Part shown: piece by piece, positions 1 through 8,924 of the stretch
Layout: each line of letters opens with the position of its first letter
Position numbering within the stretch: the stretch's first letter is position 1
NCBI GenBank assembly: GCA_943359455.1
Contig: CALRHL010000002.1
Coordinates: forward strand, 7,665-71,664
From: Candidatus Uhrbacteria bacterium RIFOXYB12_FULL_58_10
Lineage (GTDB): Bacteria; Patescibacteriota; Patescibacteriia; UBA9934; GWF2-40-263
Reading direction: 5' to 3'
DNA length: 64,000 nucleotides
Made by a program: the position numbers and the translations under genes
The notes under the pieces: generated by a model
What the model saw: the letters and a program-made list of their open reading frames with translations, nothing else
The model's database searches: none
Told to the model about the DNA's origin: nothing

Positions 1-2
1 AG

Positions 3-1394
3 TTTAGCGATTTCGAGAAGAAAATCATCGAAGACGGCAACCTTGCTGAGGCTAGCTGTCGCAAGCTCTTTCCCGAAGGAATGTTGATTGAATCGTCGGG
101 TCAACGGGCAATCACCGATACAAAAAAGGCCATCGAAGACGGTGTTCAGACTCTCTTTCAGGCTACGTTTCAAGATGACGTTTTCTTCATTCGTGCCGAC
201 ATTTTGCGGTATAGCCCTGAGCTTCAAGGCTGGGAGCTATTTGAGGTCAAAGCGACAAACGAGGTGAAGCGCAAAGTACCGCACCATCATGTAAATGACC
301 TTGCCTTCCAAAAGCTTGTGATCGAGCGTTGCGGATTACGAGTCGTTAGAGCGTCGGTGATTCATCTCAATCGTGAGTACATCAAACAAGGCAAAGTGAA
401 TTATCACGAGCTATTCGTTTACGCCGATCTCACGGAAGAGGTTGTTGAAGCCGAAATGCAGGTACGGGAAGAGATGCAGAACGAAAAAACCTATCTAAAC
501 TCCCTCGAAGAAGAAGGCTGTCTTTGTGTCTACGAAGGAAGATCAAATCATTGCCCTACCTTCGCACATTCAAATCCTCAAATTCCTGAATACTCGGTTC
601 ATGATTTGAATCGAATCGGCATGAGCAAAAAGAAGCTTACTGATTGGATCGATCGAGGGGAGCTGTCTTTGGTAGACATCCATAATCCAGAGGATTTAAA
701 CGAAACACAGCGCATTCAATACGATGCACATACGCTGAGCAAGGCGATTATTAACAAAGATGCGATCCATGAAGTGCTGAGTGGCCTTGTTTTTCCTCTG
801 CAGTTCTTTGATTACGAAGGATATTCAAGCGCAATCCCGCTCTTTGACGGCTTCGGGGCGTATGAGCAAGTGCCATTTCAATACTCCCTCCATATCCTGC
901 ACAAAGACGGGGAGATAGAGCATAAAGAATTTCTCATTACCGATCCGAGCGGTGATTTGACGCTTCCCCTTATCGAGCGCATGAAGGCGGACATAGATCC
1001 CAAAGGAACCGTTATTTCATGGTATAGCTCATACGAAAAACAGCGTAACAGTAAGCTCGCCGAGCTTCATCCCGAACATGCGCCGTTTCTTGAAGAGCTG
1101 AACGATAAGATGTTTGACCTGATGAAAGTTTTTTCGGATAACCACTACGTCGATCCTGCCTTCAAGGGGAGTGCGAGTATCAAGAAGGTTCTCCCTGTCA
1201 TCGTCCCTGCGCTATCCTATAGCCTCCTGAACATCTCTAAGGGCGATCAGGCGAGTGAGCGTTGGGAAAAGCTCATCTCTGCTGAAACTCCCCAGGCACA
1301 GAAAGACAAAATTGCTAAAGATTTGCTTGAATACTGCAAACTTGATACTTGGGCGATGGTTGAGATATATCGCTCACTTCTTCGGCTGGTCTAA
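3..1394 (+). CDS. DUF2779 domain protein (PD-(D/E)XK-like nuclease N-part plus RNase H/DnaQ-like C-part), 5'-partial
   Basis: Frame is open from the window start; motifs RADIL..EVKAT, FFDYE, QVPFQYSLH, SIKKVLP, YCKLDT. Confidence 0.8.
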   Translation, partial: FSDFEKKIIEDGNLAEASCRKLFPEGMLIESSGQRAITDTKKAIEDGVQTLFQATFQDDVFFIRADILRYSPELQGWELFEVKATNEVKRKVPHHHVNDLAFQKLVIERCGLRVVRASVIHLNREYIKQGKVNYHELFVYADLTEEVVEAEMQVREEMQNEKTYLNSLEEEGCLCVYEGRSNHCPTFAHSNPQIPEYSVHDLNRIGMSKKKLTDWIDRGELSLVDIHNPEDLNETQRIQYDAHTLSKAIINKDAIHEVLSGLVFPLQFFDYEGYSSAIPLFDGFGAYEQVPFQYSLHILHKDGEIEHKEFLITDPSGDLTLPLIERMKADIDPKGTVISWYSSYEKQRNSKLAELHPEHAPFLEELNDKMFDLMKVFSDNHYVDPAFKGSASIKKVLPVIVPALSYSLLNISKGDQASERWEKLISAETPQAQKDKIAKDLLEYCKLDTWAMVEIYRSLLRLV

Positions 1395-1396
1395 TT

Positions 1397-2188
1397 ATGA
1401 AAGATACGAGTAAGATTTATCGTCTTTATATTGATGAATCTGGAAATCATAGTTACGGGTGTACGGATTCCATCCAAGGCAGATACTTGGCACTATGTGG
1501 AATCATGTTCTCGCAGTTTCAGAATGAGAATTATATCGCCCCTAAATTTGAAGAGATGAGATCGATCTTTACCGAAGATGTCGATGATCGCCCCACCTTC
1601 CACTACACCGATCTGATCAATAAAAATGGTCATTTCGCTAAACTGAACGATGCGAGTGTAAAAGCGTCATTTAATGGTATCTACATTAACTTTTTAGAGA
1701 GTTCCGAATTTACTATTTGTTGCATTGTAATAGACAAGAAAGCCCACAAAGAGAGGTACGGGCAACCGATGCATCCTTATCATTATTGCCTGAATCTTCT
1801 TCTTGAACGCTATGTTCAATTTCTGAGACGTATCGACAGTAAGGGTGACGTTATGGCCGAAGGTAGAGGAGGAAAAGAAGATCAACTATTAAAATCTGAG
1901 TTTCAGAATTTCTTTAACAACGGAACTTCCTATCTTGATAGCGACAAAATCCAACTGAGGCTATCCTCAAAAGAGATGAAGATTAAAACAAAAGAGGCTC
2001 GTATTGCTGGCCTTGAATTAGCTGATCTGCTGGCTACTCCATTGAAATTTTTAACCTTATATCAAAATAAGGTTATAGATAAACTCGATGATAACTTTTC
2101 AAGGCAGGTACTCAAACTAGTTTGGCCGAAGATACGATCAGCCCCATCTGGGAAGAAAAACGGTTACGGGTTGAAGCTGATTAAATAG
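1397..2188 (+). CDS. DUF3800 domain protein
   Basis: N-terminal LYIDESG and C-terminal GLELADL motifs. Confidence 0.85.
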   Translation: MKDTSKIYRLYIDESGNHSYGCTDSIQGRYLALCGIMFSQFQNENYIAPKFEEMRSIFTEDVDDRPTFHYTDLINKNGHFAKLNDASVKASFNGIYINFLESSEFTICCIVIDKKAHKERYGQPMHPYHYCLNLLLERYVQFLRRIDSKGDVMAEGRGGKEDQLLKSEFQNFFNNGTSYLDSDKIQLRLSSKEMKIKTKEARIAGLELADLLATPLKFLTLYQNKVIDKLDDNFSRQVLKLVWPKIRSAPSGKKNGYGLKLIK

Positions 2189-2252
2189 AAAAGCCAGCTT
2201 GCGCTGGTTTTCTACGATGCTATTTCAGACATCCACCTCCGATAAACGGATT
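2187..2252 (-). ncRNA. candidate small RNA convergent to the DUF3800 gene
   Basis: Minus-strand TACGCA-N17-TATTAT (2287-2259), then three hairpins ending in AAAACCAGC-GCAA-GCTGGCTTTT. Confidence 0.45.
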
Positions 2253-2336
2253 AAATACATAATACAGGGATATACATCTTCTGCGTAGGGATAACTCATT
2301 TTAAGCTTTATTAGCAGGGTAACAACAGTTTTTTTC

Positions 2337-2365
2337 TTGACCAAAATCTATTTCTCAGCTATAGT
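2337..2365 (+). promoter_or_regulatory. sigma70 promoter
   Basis: TTGACC-N17-TATAGT. Confidence 0.7.
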
Positions 2366-2369
2366 GTAA

Positions 2370-2550
2370 GAGTAAAAGTGAAGAGGATAGTTCGTCCCAT
2401 AGACGAACCTCGTACCGCTCCCACTCGTGGGTAGGCAATCAGGGAAGTCTGCTGAGAGCCACATGCGTTACCGAGACTGATCACGAAAGTGGTTGGGAGA
2501 TTTCATCCAGTTTTTCTGGATCAATCTCTCGGCCACTTTTCGTTTATTCA
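2370..2550 (+). promoter_or_regulatory. structured 5' leader with terminator/alternative-hairpin potential
   Basis: Hairpins GTTCGTC/GACGAAC and CCCAC/GTGGG; long G-U-rich stem 2484-2542 followed by T-rich tract; competing stem 2477-2496. Confidence 0.5.
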
Positions 2551-2566
2551 TCATTATTTACACTAT

Positions 2567-3136
2567 ATGACACTGGGAGAAGCATACGAACAATTCGAAA
2601 GATTGAACCCTATCGCTGAGGCGTTAGTAAAAGAGAGGATCAGAGGCACACGAAAAGGCTTACCAGACGAGCAGAACTACTCGCACTCCCTTCGAGTGCA
2701 GCGGCTCGTCATGGACTGTCATCATTGGGATGATCCCGATCATGACGTTTTTCTCGCCGCTCTCTTGCATGATGTGATTGAGGACGGGGGCGTAACGTTC
2801 GAGGAATTGCAGGCCATGGGCTTTACCAGCCGTACAATCGACCTCGTGAGGCTCTGTACGCACCCTCTTGCCGTCGAGAACTCTACGGAGCGTTGGACGC
2901 TCATGATGGCTAAACTCGTTGAGGCGAGGGACGACGACGCTTGGCGGATCAAACTCGCTGACCTTACGGATAACCTTAGGCAGTCGGTAGGATTAACGCC
3001 TGAAAATCGAAAGTTTATGGTTGAAGTAAAAGCACCACTGATGTTGCGTCTTACCGAGCGGTATATCTTCATCGAGGAAGCGTGGCGTGTGTTATGGAGG
3101 GAGATGGAGAAACAGCGCAAAGAGATGGCGATCTAA
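2567..3136 (+). CDS. HD-domain protein, RelA/SpoT hydrolase-like (Mesh1-like small alarmone hydrolase)
   Basis: RK..Y.H..V, AALLHDVIED and IKLAD..DN motifs; ATG 2567 preferred over GTG 2489. Confidence 0.75.
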   Translation: MTLGEAYEQFERLNPIAEALVKERIRGTRKGLPDEQNYSHSLRVQRLVMDCHHWDDPDHDVFLAALLHDVIEDGGVTFEELQAMGFTSRTIDLVRLCTHPLAVENSTERWTLMMAKLVEARDDDAWRIKLADLTDNLRQSVGLTPENRKFMVEVKAPLMLRLTERYIFIEEAWRVLWREMEKQRKEMAI

Positions 3137-3236
3137 TCTCCCAGTAGCTATGCTGAGCAAAGCTCAGTCATTCCACTAAACTGGAACTCTTGCTCAAAGG
3201 CACGCCAGTTCACGGTTCGGAACGCGTCCAATAGAG

Positions 3237-3270
3237 GGAGCCATGCACCGTCTGGTGCATGGCGGAGCCA
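3237..3270. repeat. palindromic repeat A, copy 1
   Basis: GGAGCCATGCACCGTCTGGTGCATG identical to 8468-8492. Confidence 0.85.
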
Positions 3271-3366
3271 TCGAGTGGTGGTTTCGCTGTGCTTAGACAT
3301 TAAGGTGAACTAGGAAAACCGTCTTGGTAAATCTAGACGGTTTTCTTTTTGGTATAATTACGTCGT

Positions 3367-3627
3367 ATGTTTTACGTTTATATACTCTTATGTGCGGACA
3401 AAAAGTTTTATGTTGGGTTTACAGAAGATTTAAGGAATAGAATTGATCTTCATAAGAATGGACATGTAGCTTCCACGCGACCACGTCGACCAATTAATCT
3501 TATTTTTTATGAAGCATATCTGGATAAGTATGATGCATTACGAAGAGAAATCTATTTGAAAACGAGTAAAGGAAAAACGACATTGCGGTCTATGCTACGA
3601 GAATACTTATCAAAATATCTGGTGTGA
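3367..3627 (+). CDS. small GIY-YIG nuclease family protein
   Basis: YVYIL..FYVGFT.DL..R...H, A..RE..LK. Confidence 0.9.
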   Translation: MFYVYILLCADKKFYVGFTEDLRNRIDLHKNGHVASTRPRRPINLIFYEAYLDKYDALRREIYLKTSKGKTTLRSMLREYLSKYLV

Positions 3628-3677
3628 ATTGAGAAATATAAATCTTCACATCATCATAACCGGACCCCATAACCGTG

Positions 3678-3713
3678 CTGGATAATTCCGTTATCCGGAC
3701 CTGACCCCGACTG
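3678..3713. repeat. REP-like repeat B, copy 1
   Basis: 36 bp identical to 8579-8614 (CTGGATAATTCCGTTATCCGGACCTGACCCCGACTG). Confidence 0.9.
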
Positions 3714-3901
3714 GACATTTTTCTTCATCGGAAAAAAAGATTTTCCGCAACGCCATGAATATAATTGAGGGAAAAATCTGACAAAGCGATTCTCCGCGAA
3801 AGCGGAGATATTATCAATGCATTATTTCTCATTGTATTTTCTGCAGGCATGGTTGCCTCGGCGGTATACGCCTTTAACAGAAAAGGTTAATCCACACATG
3901 C

Positions 3902-3930
3902 TTGACTTCTTTATTATTTTGCCATATACT
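3902..3930 (+). promoter_or_regulatory. sigma70 promoter of marR-efflux operon
   Basis: TTGACT-N17-TATACT. Confidence 0.7.
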
Positions 3931-3962
3931 GAGAATCTCTAATGATTTGATCATCTAACTTT

Positions 3963-4394
3963 ATGCCGAATACCAATATCGAACAACTTATTTCATTGAT
4001 TATTACCACCACTCGTCTTATTCGGGAACACACTAAACATCGAGAAAAAATTGATCCCCTTTCCTATCTTCAATTGGGAACGCTTCGTTATGTGGCTGAA
4101 AAAAACAACCCACCCATGAAAGATGTTGCCGACCACCTCTGCATTACCCCTCCTTCCGCAACTTCTCTCATCAACAATTTGACAAAAATGAAGCAGCTTG
4201 AACGCATCTATGATAAAGATGACCGCAGACTTATCAGGCTTGCTATTACTGCCAAAGGCAGGAAAACGCTTGAGGATGGGTTTAAGAAAATAACAATACG
4301 AATGCAAAGAGTGTTAAGCAAGCTCAGCGAAAAAGAAAGAAGCGATTTTATTAAAATCCTGGAAAAACTCTCCCGCGCGTATAGTAATAAATAA
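3963..4394 (+). CDS. MarR family transcriptional regulator
   Basis: 143 aa winged-helix pattern, DKDDRR...LAITAKG. Confidence 0.9.
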   Translation: MPNTNIEQLISLIITTTRLIREHTKHREKIDPLSYLQLGTLRYVAEKNNPPMKDVADHLCITPPSATSLINNLTKMKQLERIYDKDDRRLIRLAITAKGRKTLEDGFKKITIRMQRVLSKLSEKERSDFIKILEKLSRAYSNK

Positions 4395-4399
4395 TTTTA

Positions 4400-6151
4400 A
4401 TGAAGATTATGATCCAAGTTCCAAAAAGACCAATTATTATTGTGTTACTCGTCATTGTTCTTGGAGGAGTTATTGGTAGTTACATCTATTTCGGCGGGGA
4501 CAGCGCTCTGGCATATGATTTTATTGTCGCTGAAAAACGTGACCTCGTTCAGGACGTAAGTGTCACGGGACGCGTTAAGCCGGCAGAGAGCGTTGATCTT
4601 GCATTTGAGAAAAGCGGAAAAGTTGCACTGGTCACTGCGAATATCAGTGATAAGGTGAGGCCTGGCCAAATACTTGTCACTCTTGAAAATTCAGAACTCT
4701 TGGCGGAACTCTCCCAGGCAGAAGCCGGAGTGGAGAGTGCTGAAGCCCAACTTAAGCAATATCAAGCATCTGTTGAAACGGAGCAGGCAAGCCTTGCCGA
4801 ACTGGAGCAAGGTACAAGGCCTGAAGAAATACAAATTGCAGAAACAAAAGTTTCAAATGCGCAAAATTCAGTTGAAGATGCGGAACTGAACCTCAATAAT
4901 GTACAAAGTAAAGCTAGTAACGATTTAGTAAATGTCTATGGAGACACCATGGATATATTAAATGATGCATATACCAAAGCAGATAATGCCTTGCATGCTC
5001 AAATTGACGAGATGTTTAATAATGATGATGGTAGTAGTCCTAAATTGACCTTCATAGTAACTAATTCCCAAGCTGAGATTGATGTAGAATTGCAGCGGTT
5101 CATTGCAGGAAATGAACTGGAGGATTTTAAGGTGGAACTAGACACTTTTTCAACTTCTGACTTCCCATCACTTGACCAAGCACTTGTAAATGCAGAAGGT
5201 CATTTAGTTATTATTAGGGATTTTCTTAATCGTCTTGGTGACGCAATAAATAGTTCTGCTGGGATATCTTCAAGCACGGTCAGTATATACAAAAGCAACT
5301 TGAATGTAGCGCGTGTCAATGTCAATACAGTTATCTCCAATAGTAACAACCAAGAACAAATTATTGCTACACAAAAGGAAATCAACCAGAGTAGTGTCAC
5401 TACTGCTGAAGCTCAAGTTAACGATGCTCAATATGCTCTCTTGTCCGCAGAAACAGAATTGACTCTCAAAAAAGCTGGTTCAACTCTCGAGCAAATTACT
5501 GCCCAAAAAGCACAGGTTGAACAAGCCGAAGCCAATGTCACCTCTCAGGAAGCTCAAATAAAGCAAACGAAAGCAAATGTCCAAAACATCGAAGCGCGAC
5601 TTTCAAAAACAATCGTTTACTCACCAATCAATGGAATCATTACAACACAAGACGCTAAAGTTGGTGAGATAGTTTCTGCCAACACTATTATTGTTTCTCT
5701 AATTTCAGAAGCAAAATTTGAAATCGAAGCCAATGTGCCGGAAGCGGATATCGCAAAAGTAAGCGTGGGTAACACCTCGTTGGTTACGCTTGACGCCTAC
5801 GGCAGAGATGTTGTTTTTGAAGCGAAAGTGGTTGCTATTGATCCAGCGGAAACCATTGTGGACGGCGTTGCAACCTACAAAGTGACATTTCAATTTACCA
5901 AAGAGGATGAGCGCGTTAAGTCAGGAATGACCGCGAATATCGATATCGCAAGCGACCGCAGGGTAAATGTTATTGCTGTGCCACAGCGATCCATCATCAG
6001 GAAAAACGGAGATAAATTCGTAAGAATATTAAACAGTGAAGATTTTGAAGAGGTAAAAGTAGAAACAGGGCTCCGCGGTTCTGATGGAAATATTGAGATT
6101 ATAAAAGGAGTCAATGATGGTGACAAAGTAATAACTTTCAGCGAAGAATAG
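4400..6151 (+). CDS. efflux periplasmic adaptor (HlyD/MacA-like) with long coiled coil
   Basis: N-terminal TM, barrel-sandwich motifs SGKV and SPINGII, VPEADI, VKSGMTANI. Confidence 0.85.
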   Translation: MKIMIQVPKRPIIIVLLVIVLGGVIGSYIYFGGDSALAYDFIVAEKRDLVQDVSVTGRVKPAESVDLAFEKSGKVALVTANISDKVRPGQILVTLENSELLAELSQAEAGVESAEAQLKQYQASVETEQASLAELEQGTRPEEIQIAETKVSNAQNSVEDAELNLNNVQSKASNDLVNVYGDTMDILNDAYTKADNALHAQIDEMFNNDDGSSPKLTFIVTNSQAEIDVELQRFIAGNELEDFKVELDTFSTSDFPSLDQALVNAEGHLVIIRDFLNRLGDAINSSAGISSSTVSIYKSNLNVARVNVNTVISNSNNQEQIIATQKEINQSSVTTAEAQVNDAQYALLSAETELTLKKAGSTLEQITAQKAQVEQAEANVTSQEAQIKQTKANVQNIEARLSKTIVYSPINGIITTQDAKVGEIVSANTIIVSLISEAKFEIEANVPEADIAKVSVGNTSLVTLDAYGRDVVFEAKVVAIDPAETIVDGVATYKVTFQFTKEDERVKSGMTANIDIASDRRVNVIAVPQRSIIRKNGDKFVRILNSEDFEEVKVETGLRGSDGNIEIIKGVNDGDKVITFSEE

Positions 6152-6152
6152 T

Positions 6153-6872
6153 ATGCCGCTCATCGATGTCAAAAACATAGGAAAAACCTATTACAACGAT
6201 CGTGTGGAAACACATGCTCTTCGTGATGTGTCTTTTGAAATTAACGAGGGAGAATTCGTTGCTATCATGGGGCCTTCGGGATCAGGCAAATCAACCTTGC
6301 TTCATATCTTGGGTTTCTTGGACAGACACACCAATGGAAAGTACCGCTTTGACGGCAAAACCATTGACGACTATTCAAAAGAAGAAATTGCCCATGTACG
6401 AAATAAAAAAATGGGGTTTGTTTTTCAATCATTCAATCTGCTTGCAAGAACGACCGTTCTTGAGAATGTAAAACTGCCGCTTCTCTATTCTGACGTTAAA
6501 AAATCTATGCGCGACGAGATCGCGCTCAAAGCCATTGAGTCAGTGGGGCTTTCTCATCGCATCAGTCACGAATCCTCTCAGTTGTCAGGTGGCGAAAAAC
6601 AGCGCGTAGCAATCGCCAGAGCGCTAGTGAATAAACCCAATGTAATATTTGCAGACGAGCCAACGGGCAACCTTGATTCTAAATCAGGAAAAATGGTAAT
6701 GGAGTTTATTCAAAAACTGAATGAAGAAGAAGGGCATACTATTATTCTAATTACCCACGAAACCTATACTGCTGAACACGCCCAGCGAATTATTAGAGTC
6801 CTCGACGGCAATATAGAAAGTGATACAAAGGTAAATCACCGCCACAGGGCTCGCGATCATTTTGAGAAATAA
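6153..6872 (+). CDS. ABC transporter ATP-binding protein (MacB/LolD-like)
   Basis: [32 protein letters not shown]. Confidence 0.95.
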   Translation: MPLIDVKNIGKTYYNDRVETHALRDVSFEINEGEFVAIMGPSGSGKSTLLHILGFLDRHTNGKYRFDGKTIDDYSKEEIAHVRNKKMGFVFQSFNLLARTTVLENVKLPLLYSDVKKSMRDEIALKAIESVGLSHRISHESSQLSGGEKQRVAIARALVNKPNVIFADEPTGNLDSKSGKMVMEFIQKLNEEEGHTIILITHETYTAEHAQRIIRVLDGNIESDTKVNHRHRARDHFEK

Positions 6873-6895
6873 CTACTGGTGAATGTATTCAAACT

Positions 6896-8134
6896 ATGAT
6901 ATTTAGCGACAGTTTTACAACAGCCCTCGGTGGGCTTCAAACAAACAAATCTCGATCCGCACTTACCATACTCGGCATTGTTATTGGCATTACCGCCATT
7001 ATTTTAGTGATGTCCGTCGGCCAAGGAGCTGAAGACCTTATTTTAAATCAAGTACGGGGTTTGGGTTCTCAAACAATTATTATTGAACCCGGCAGAGAGC
7101 CGACGGGCCCTTCGAGTTTTGCCGAGCTTTTTACCGATTCTCTAAAACCAAAAGATGTGGATGCGTTGCGGAAACCTTCCAATGTGCAGGGGTTAAAAGA
7201 ATTAACTCCAATGGTCATGCAAGTGGCCGCTGTCACTTTCGAAAATGAAACAGTCAGGACAAATGTCATCGGCGCCTCTGAGCTTATCGCTAAGATTCTT
7301 GATATTTTTCCGAACAAGGGATCATTTTTTACCGATGAAGATATTAGGCAAAAAGCGAATGTTGCGGTTATAGGATCAGAAATCAAGAGCAAACTCTTTG
7401 GCCCTTCCGAGGCCCTTGGAGAGAAAATAAAATTAAAGGGGCGAACCTTTCGCATTGTCGGCATACTGCCCCCGAAAGGACAGGTTGCCCTCTTTAATGC
7501 TGACGATATGGTGGTGGTACCCTATACAACCGCCCAGCAGTACCTTTTTGGCATTAATCATTTTAATACCATTCTTGCTCAAGCTGAGACCGAAGACATG
7601 ATGCCCCGCGTAGTGCGGGACATTGAGCTCACTCTGCGTGAGACACACAACATTGACGACCCCGACAAAGATGATTTTCACGTAACCACGCAAGCCGACG
7701 CGGCCGAACGGGTTCAGACCATCACGGGAATACTAACTGTTTTGTTAGTTTCCGTTGCCGCGATTTCTCTTATTGTCGGCGGGATCGGCATTATGAACAT
7801 CATGTTGGTTTCGGTATCTGAACGAACGCGCGAAATAGGCCTGCGCAAAGCTCTGGGAGCGACAGAAAAAGACATCATGACGCAATTCCTTTTAGAAGCA
7901 GTGATGCTTACCGCGCTCGGCGGAGTTGTCGGAATAGCTCTCGGCGCCGCTTTTTCTTTTCTTGCCTCACTTATCCTTAGCAGAATTGTCGCTCTCGGTT
8001 GGGTATTTACCTTTCCTATCGCGGCCGCCCTTTTGGGGTTGGGAGTGGCGGCGTTCGTAGGGCTTGTGTTCGGCCTCTATCCCGCCCGCCAAGCCTCCCT
8101 TAAAAGCCCGATGGAAGCTCTGCGCTATGAGTAG
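6896..8134 (+). CDS. ABC transporter permease (MacB/FtsX-like)
   Basis: RSALTILGIVIG, GGIGIMNIMLVSVSERTREIGLRKALGA, PMEALRYE. Confidence 0.95.
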   Translation: MIFSDSFTTALGGLQTNKSRSALTILGIVIGITAIILVMSVGQGAEDLILNQVRGLGSQTIIIEPGREPTGPSSFAELFTDSLKPKDVDALRKPSNVQGLKELTPMVMQVAAVTFENETVRTNVIGASELIAKILDIFPNKGSFFTDEDIRQKANVAVIGSEIKSKLFGPSEALGEKIKLKGRTFRIVGILPPKGQVALFNADDMVVVPYTTAQQYLFGINHFNTILAQAETEDMMPRVVRDIELTLRETHNIDDPDKDDFHVTTQADAAERVQTITGILTVLLVSVAAISLIVGGIGIMNIMLVSVSERTREIGLRKALGATEKDIMTQFLLEAVMLTALGGVVGIALGAAFSFLASLILSRIVALGWVFTFPIAAALLGLGVAAFVGLVFGLYPARQASLKSPMEALRYE

Positions 8135-8467
8135 GAATGTAAAATTATTCAAGGGAGTTTCTTAATGTCGTCCACGCACGGGTGCGGTGGGGAAAAAGCG
8201 ACTGTAAAAATAGATAGCCTCGCCCGAAAAAATTTGTGCCGTCCGTCCCCGCCTTCGCTAAAGCTACAGACGGGCAGGTGAGGGTGGGATACTACGAGCG
8301 AAGCGAGCAGTAATCTTCCAATTTATAGGAATTTTTAATAAGTAAGTTCGAGCTTGGCTGTATAGATACACCAACGAATCAATAAGCCGAATCCGTCGTC
8401 GTCAGGATTGGTATCACAAGATGCCTCTCAAAAACTGAAATCGCAGTTCTAACATCCTCCACGACGC

Positions 8468-8501
8468 GGAGCCATGCACCGTCTGGTGCATGACGGATCC
8501 A
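8468..8501. repeat. palindromic repeat A, copy 2
   Basis: 34 bp with 2 mismatches versus 3237-3270. Confidence 0.85.
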
Positions 8502-8578
8502 CAACGCTCGCTTTGAAAAAAGTGAGCGTTGTTATAATATAGGGGTCATGTATGCAGAATCAGTATCAGATTTGGGTA

Positions 8579-8614
8579 CTGGATAATTCCGTTATCCGGA
8601 CCTGACCCCGACTG
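8579..8614. repeat. REP-like repeat B, copy 2
   Basis: Identical to 3678-3713. Confidence 0.9.
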
Positions 8615-8804
8615 CAATTTCGATAAACTGCCCAAGCCACCTGCATTTGAGCCGACTTATTGTGCAAAATGTGGCGAGAGAATCAATTTGCCTAACGGCG
8701 GGTATTCTACGTTATGCGGTGTCTACCACTGCGACCTCTGTCCGATCTCTGATAAAGAGCGGGCGAAAATTATTCGCGATTACAAAAAAGCCAGTCATCT
8801 CTGA
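8615..8804 (+). pseudogene. start-less 3' fragment of a small Zn-finger protein
   Basis: Reads NFDKLPKPPAFEPTYCAKCGERI...YHCDLC...KASHL*; no in-frame ATG after stop at 8535. Confidence 0.45.
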
Positions 8805-8881
8805 GTGGAACTTTTTATGCAACTATAGACGGCAAATCTCTAGTTGAGATGGAACGGTAAAAGTTGTATTGCTCTATCTGC

Positions 8882-8924
8882 TATTTACTGATATAATCTG
8901 ATATATAGCTTATATCAGTAAATA
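8882..8924. promoter_or_regulatory. putative operator upstream of Fic gene
   Basis: Perfect 15-bp inverted repeat TATTTACTGATATAA/TTATATCAGTAAATA with central CTGATATA half-site, overlapping TATAAT. Confidence 0.6.

Noticed and set aside
2453-2465. 13-mer TGAGAGCCACATG shared with 48528-48540
   Set aside because: Matches of this length are expected by chance in 64 kb and flanks do not extend
2370-2480. Cobalamin, TPP or ykkC riboswitch, T-box, or PyrR site
   Set aside because: Only short words such as GGGAAG, CTGAGA and GCCAC match; order and core stems do not fit by eye
2489-2566. GTG start for the HD protein
   Set aside because: Lies inside the terminator-like hairpin; ATG 2567 fits the family N-terminus better
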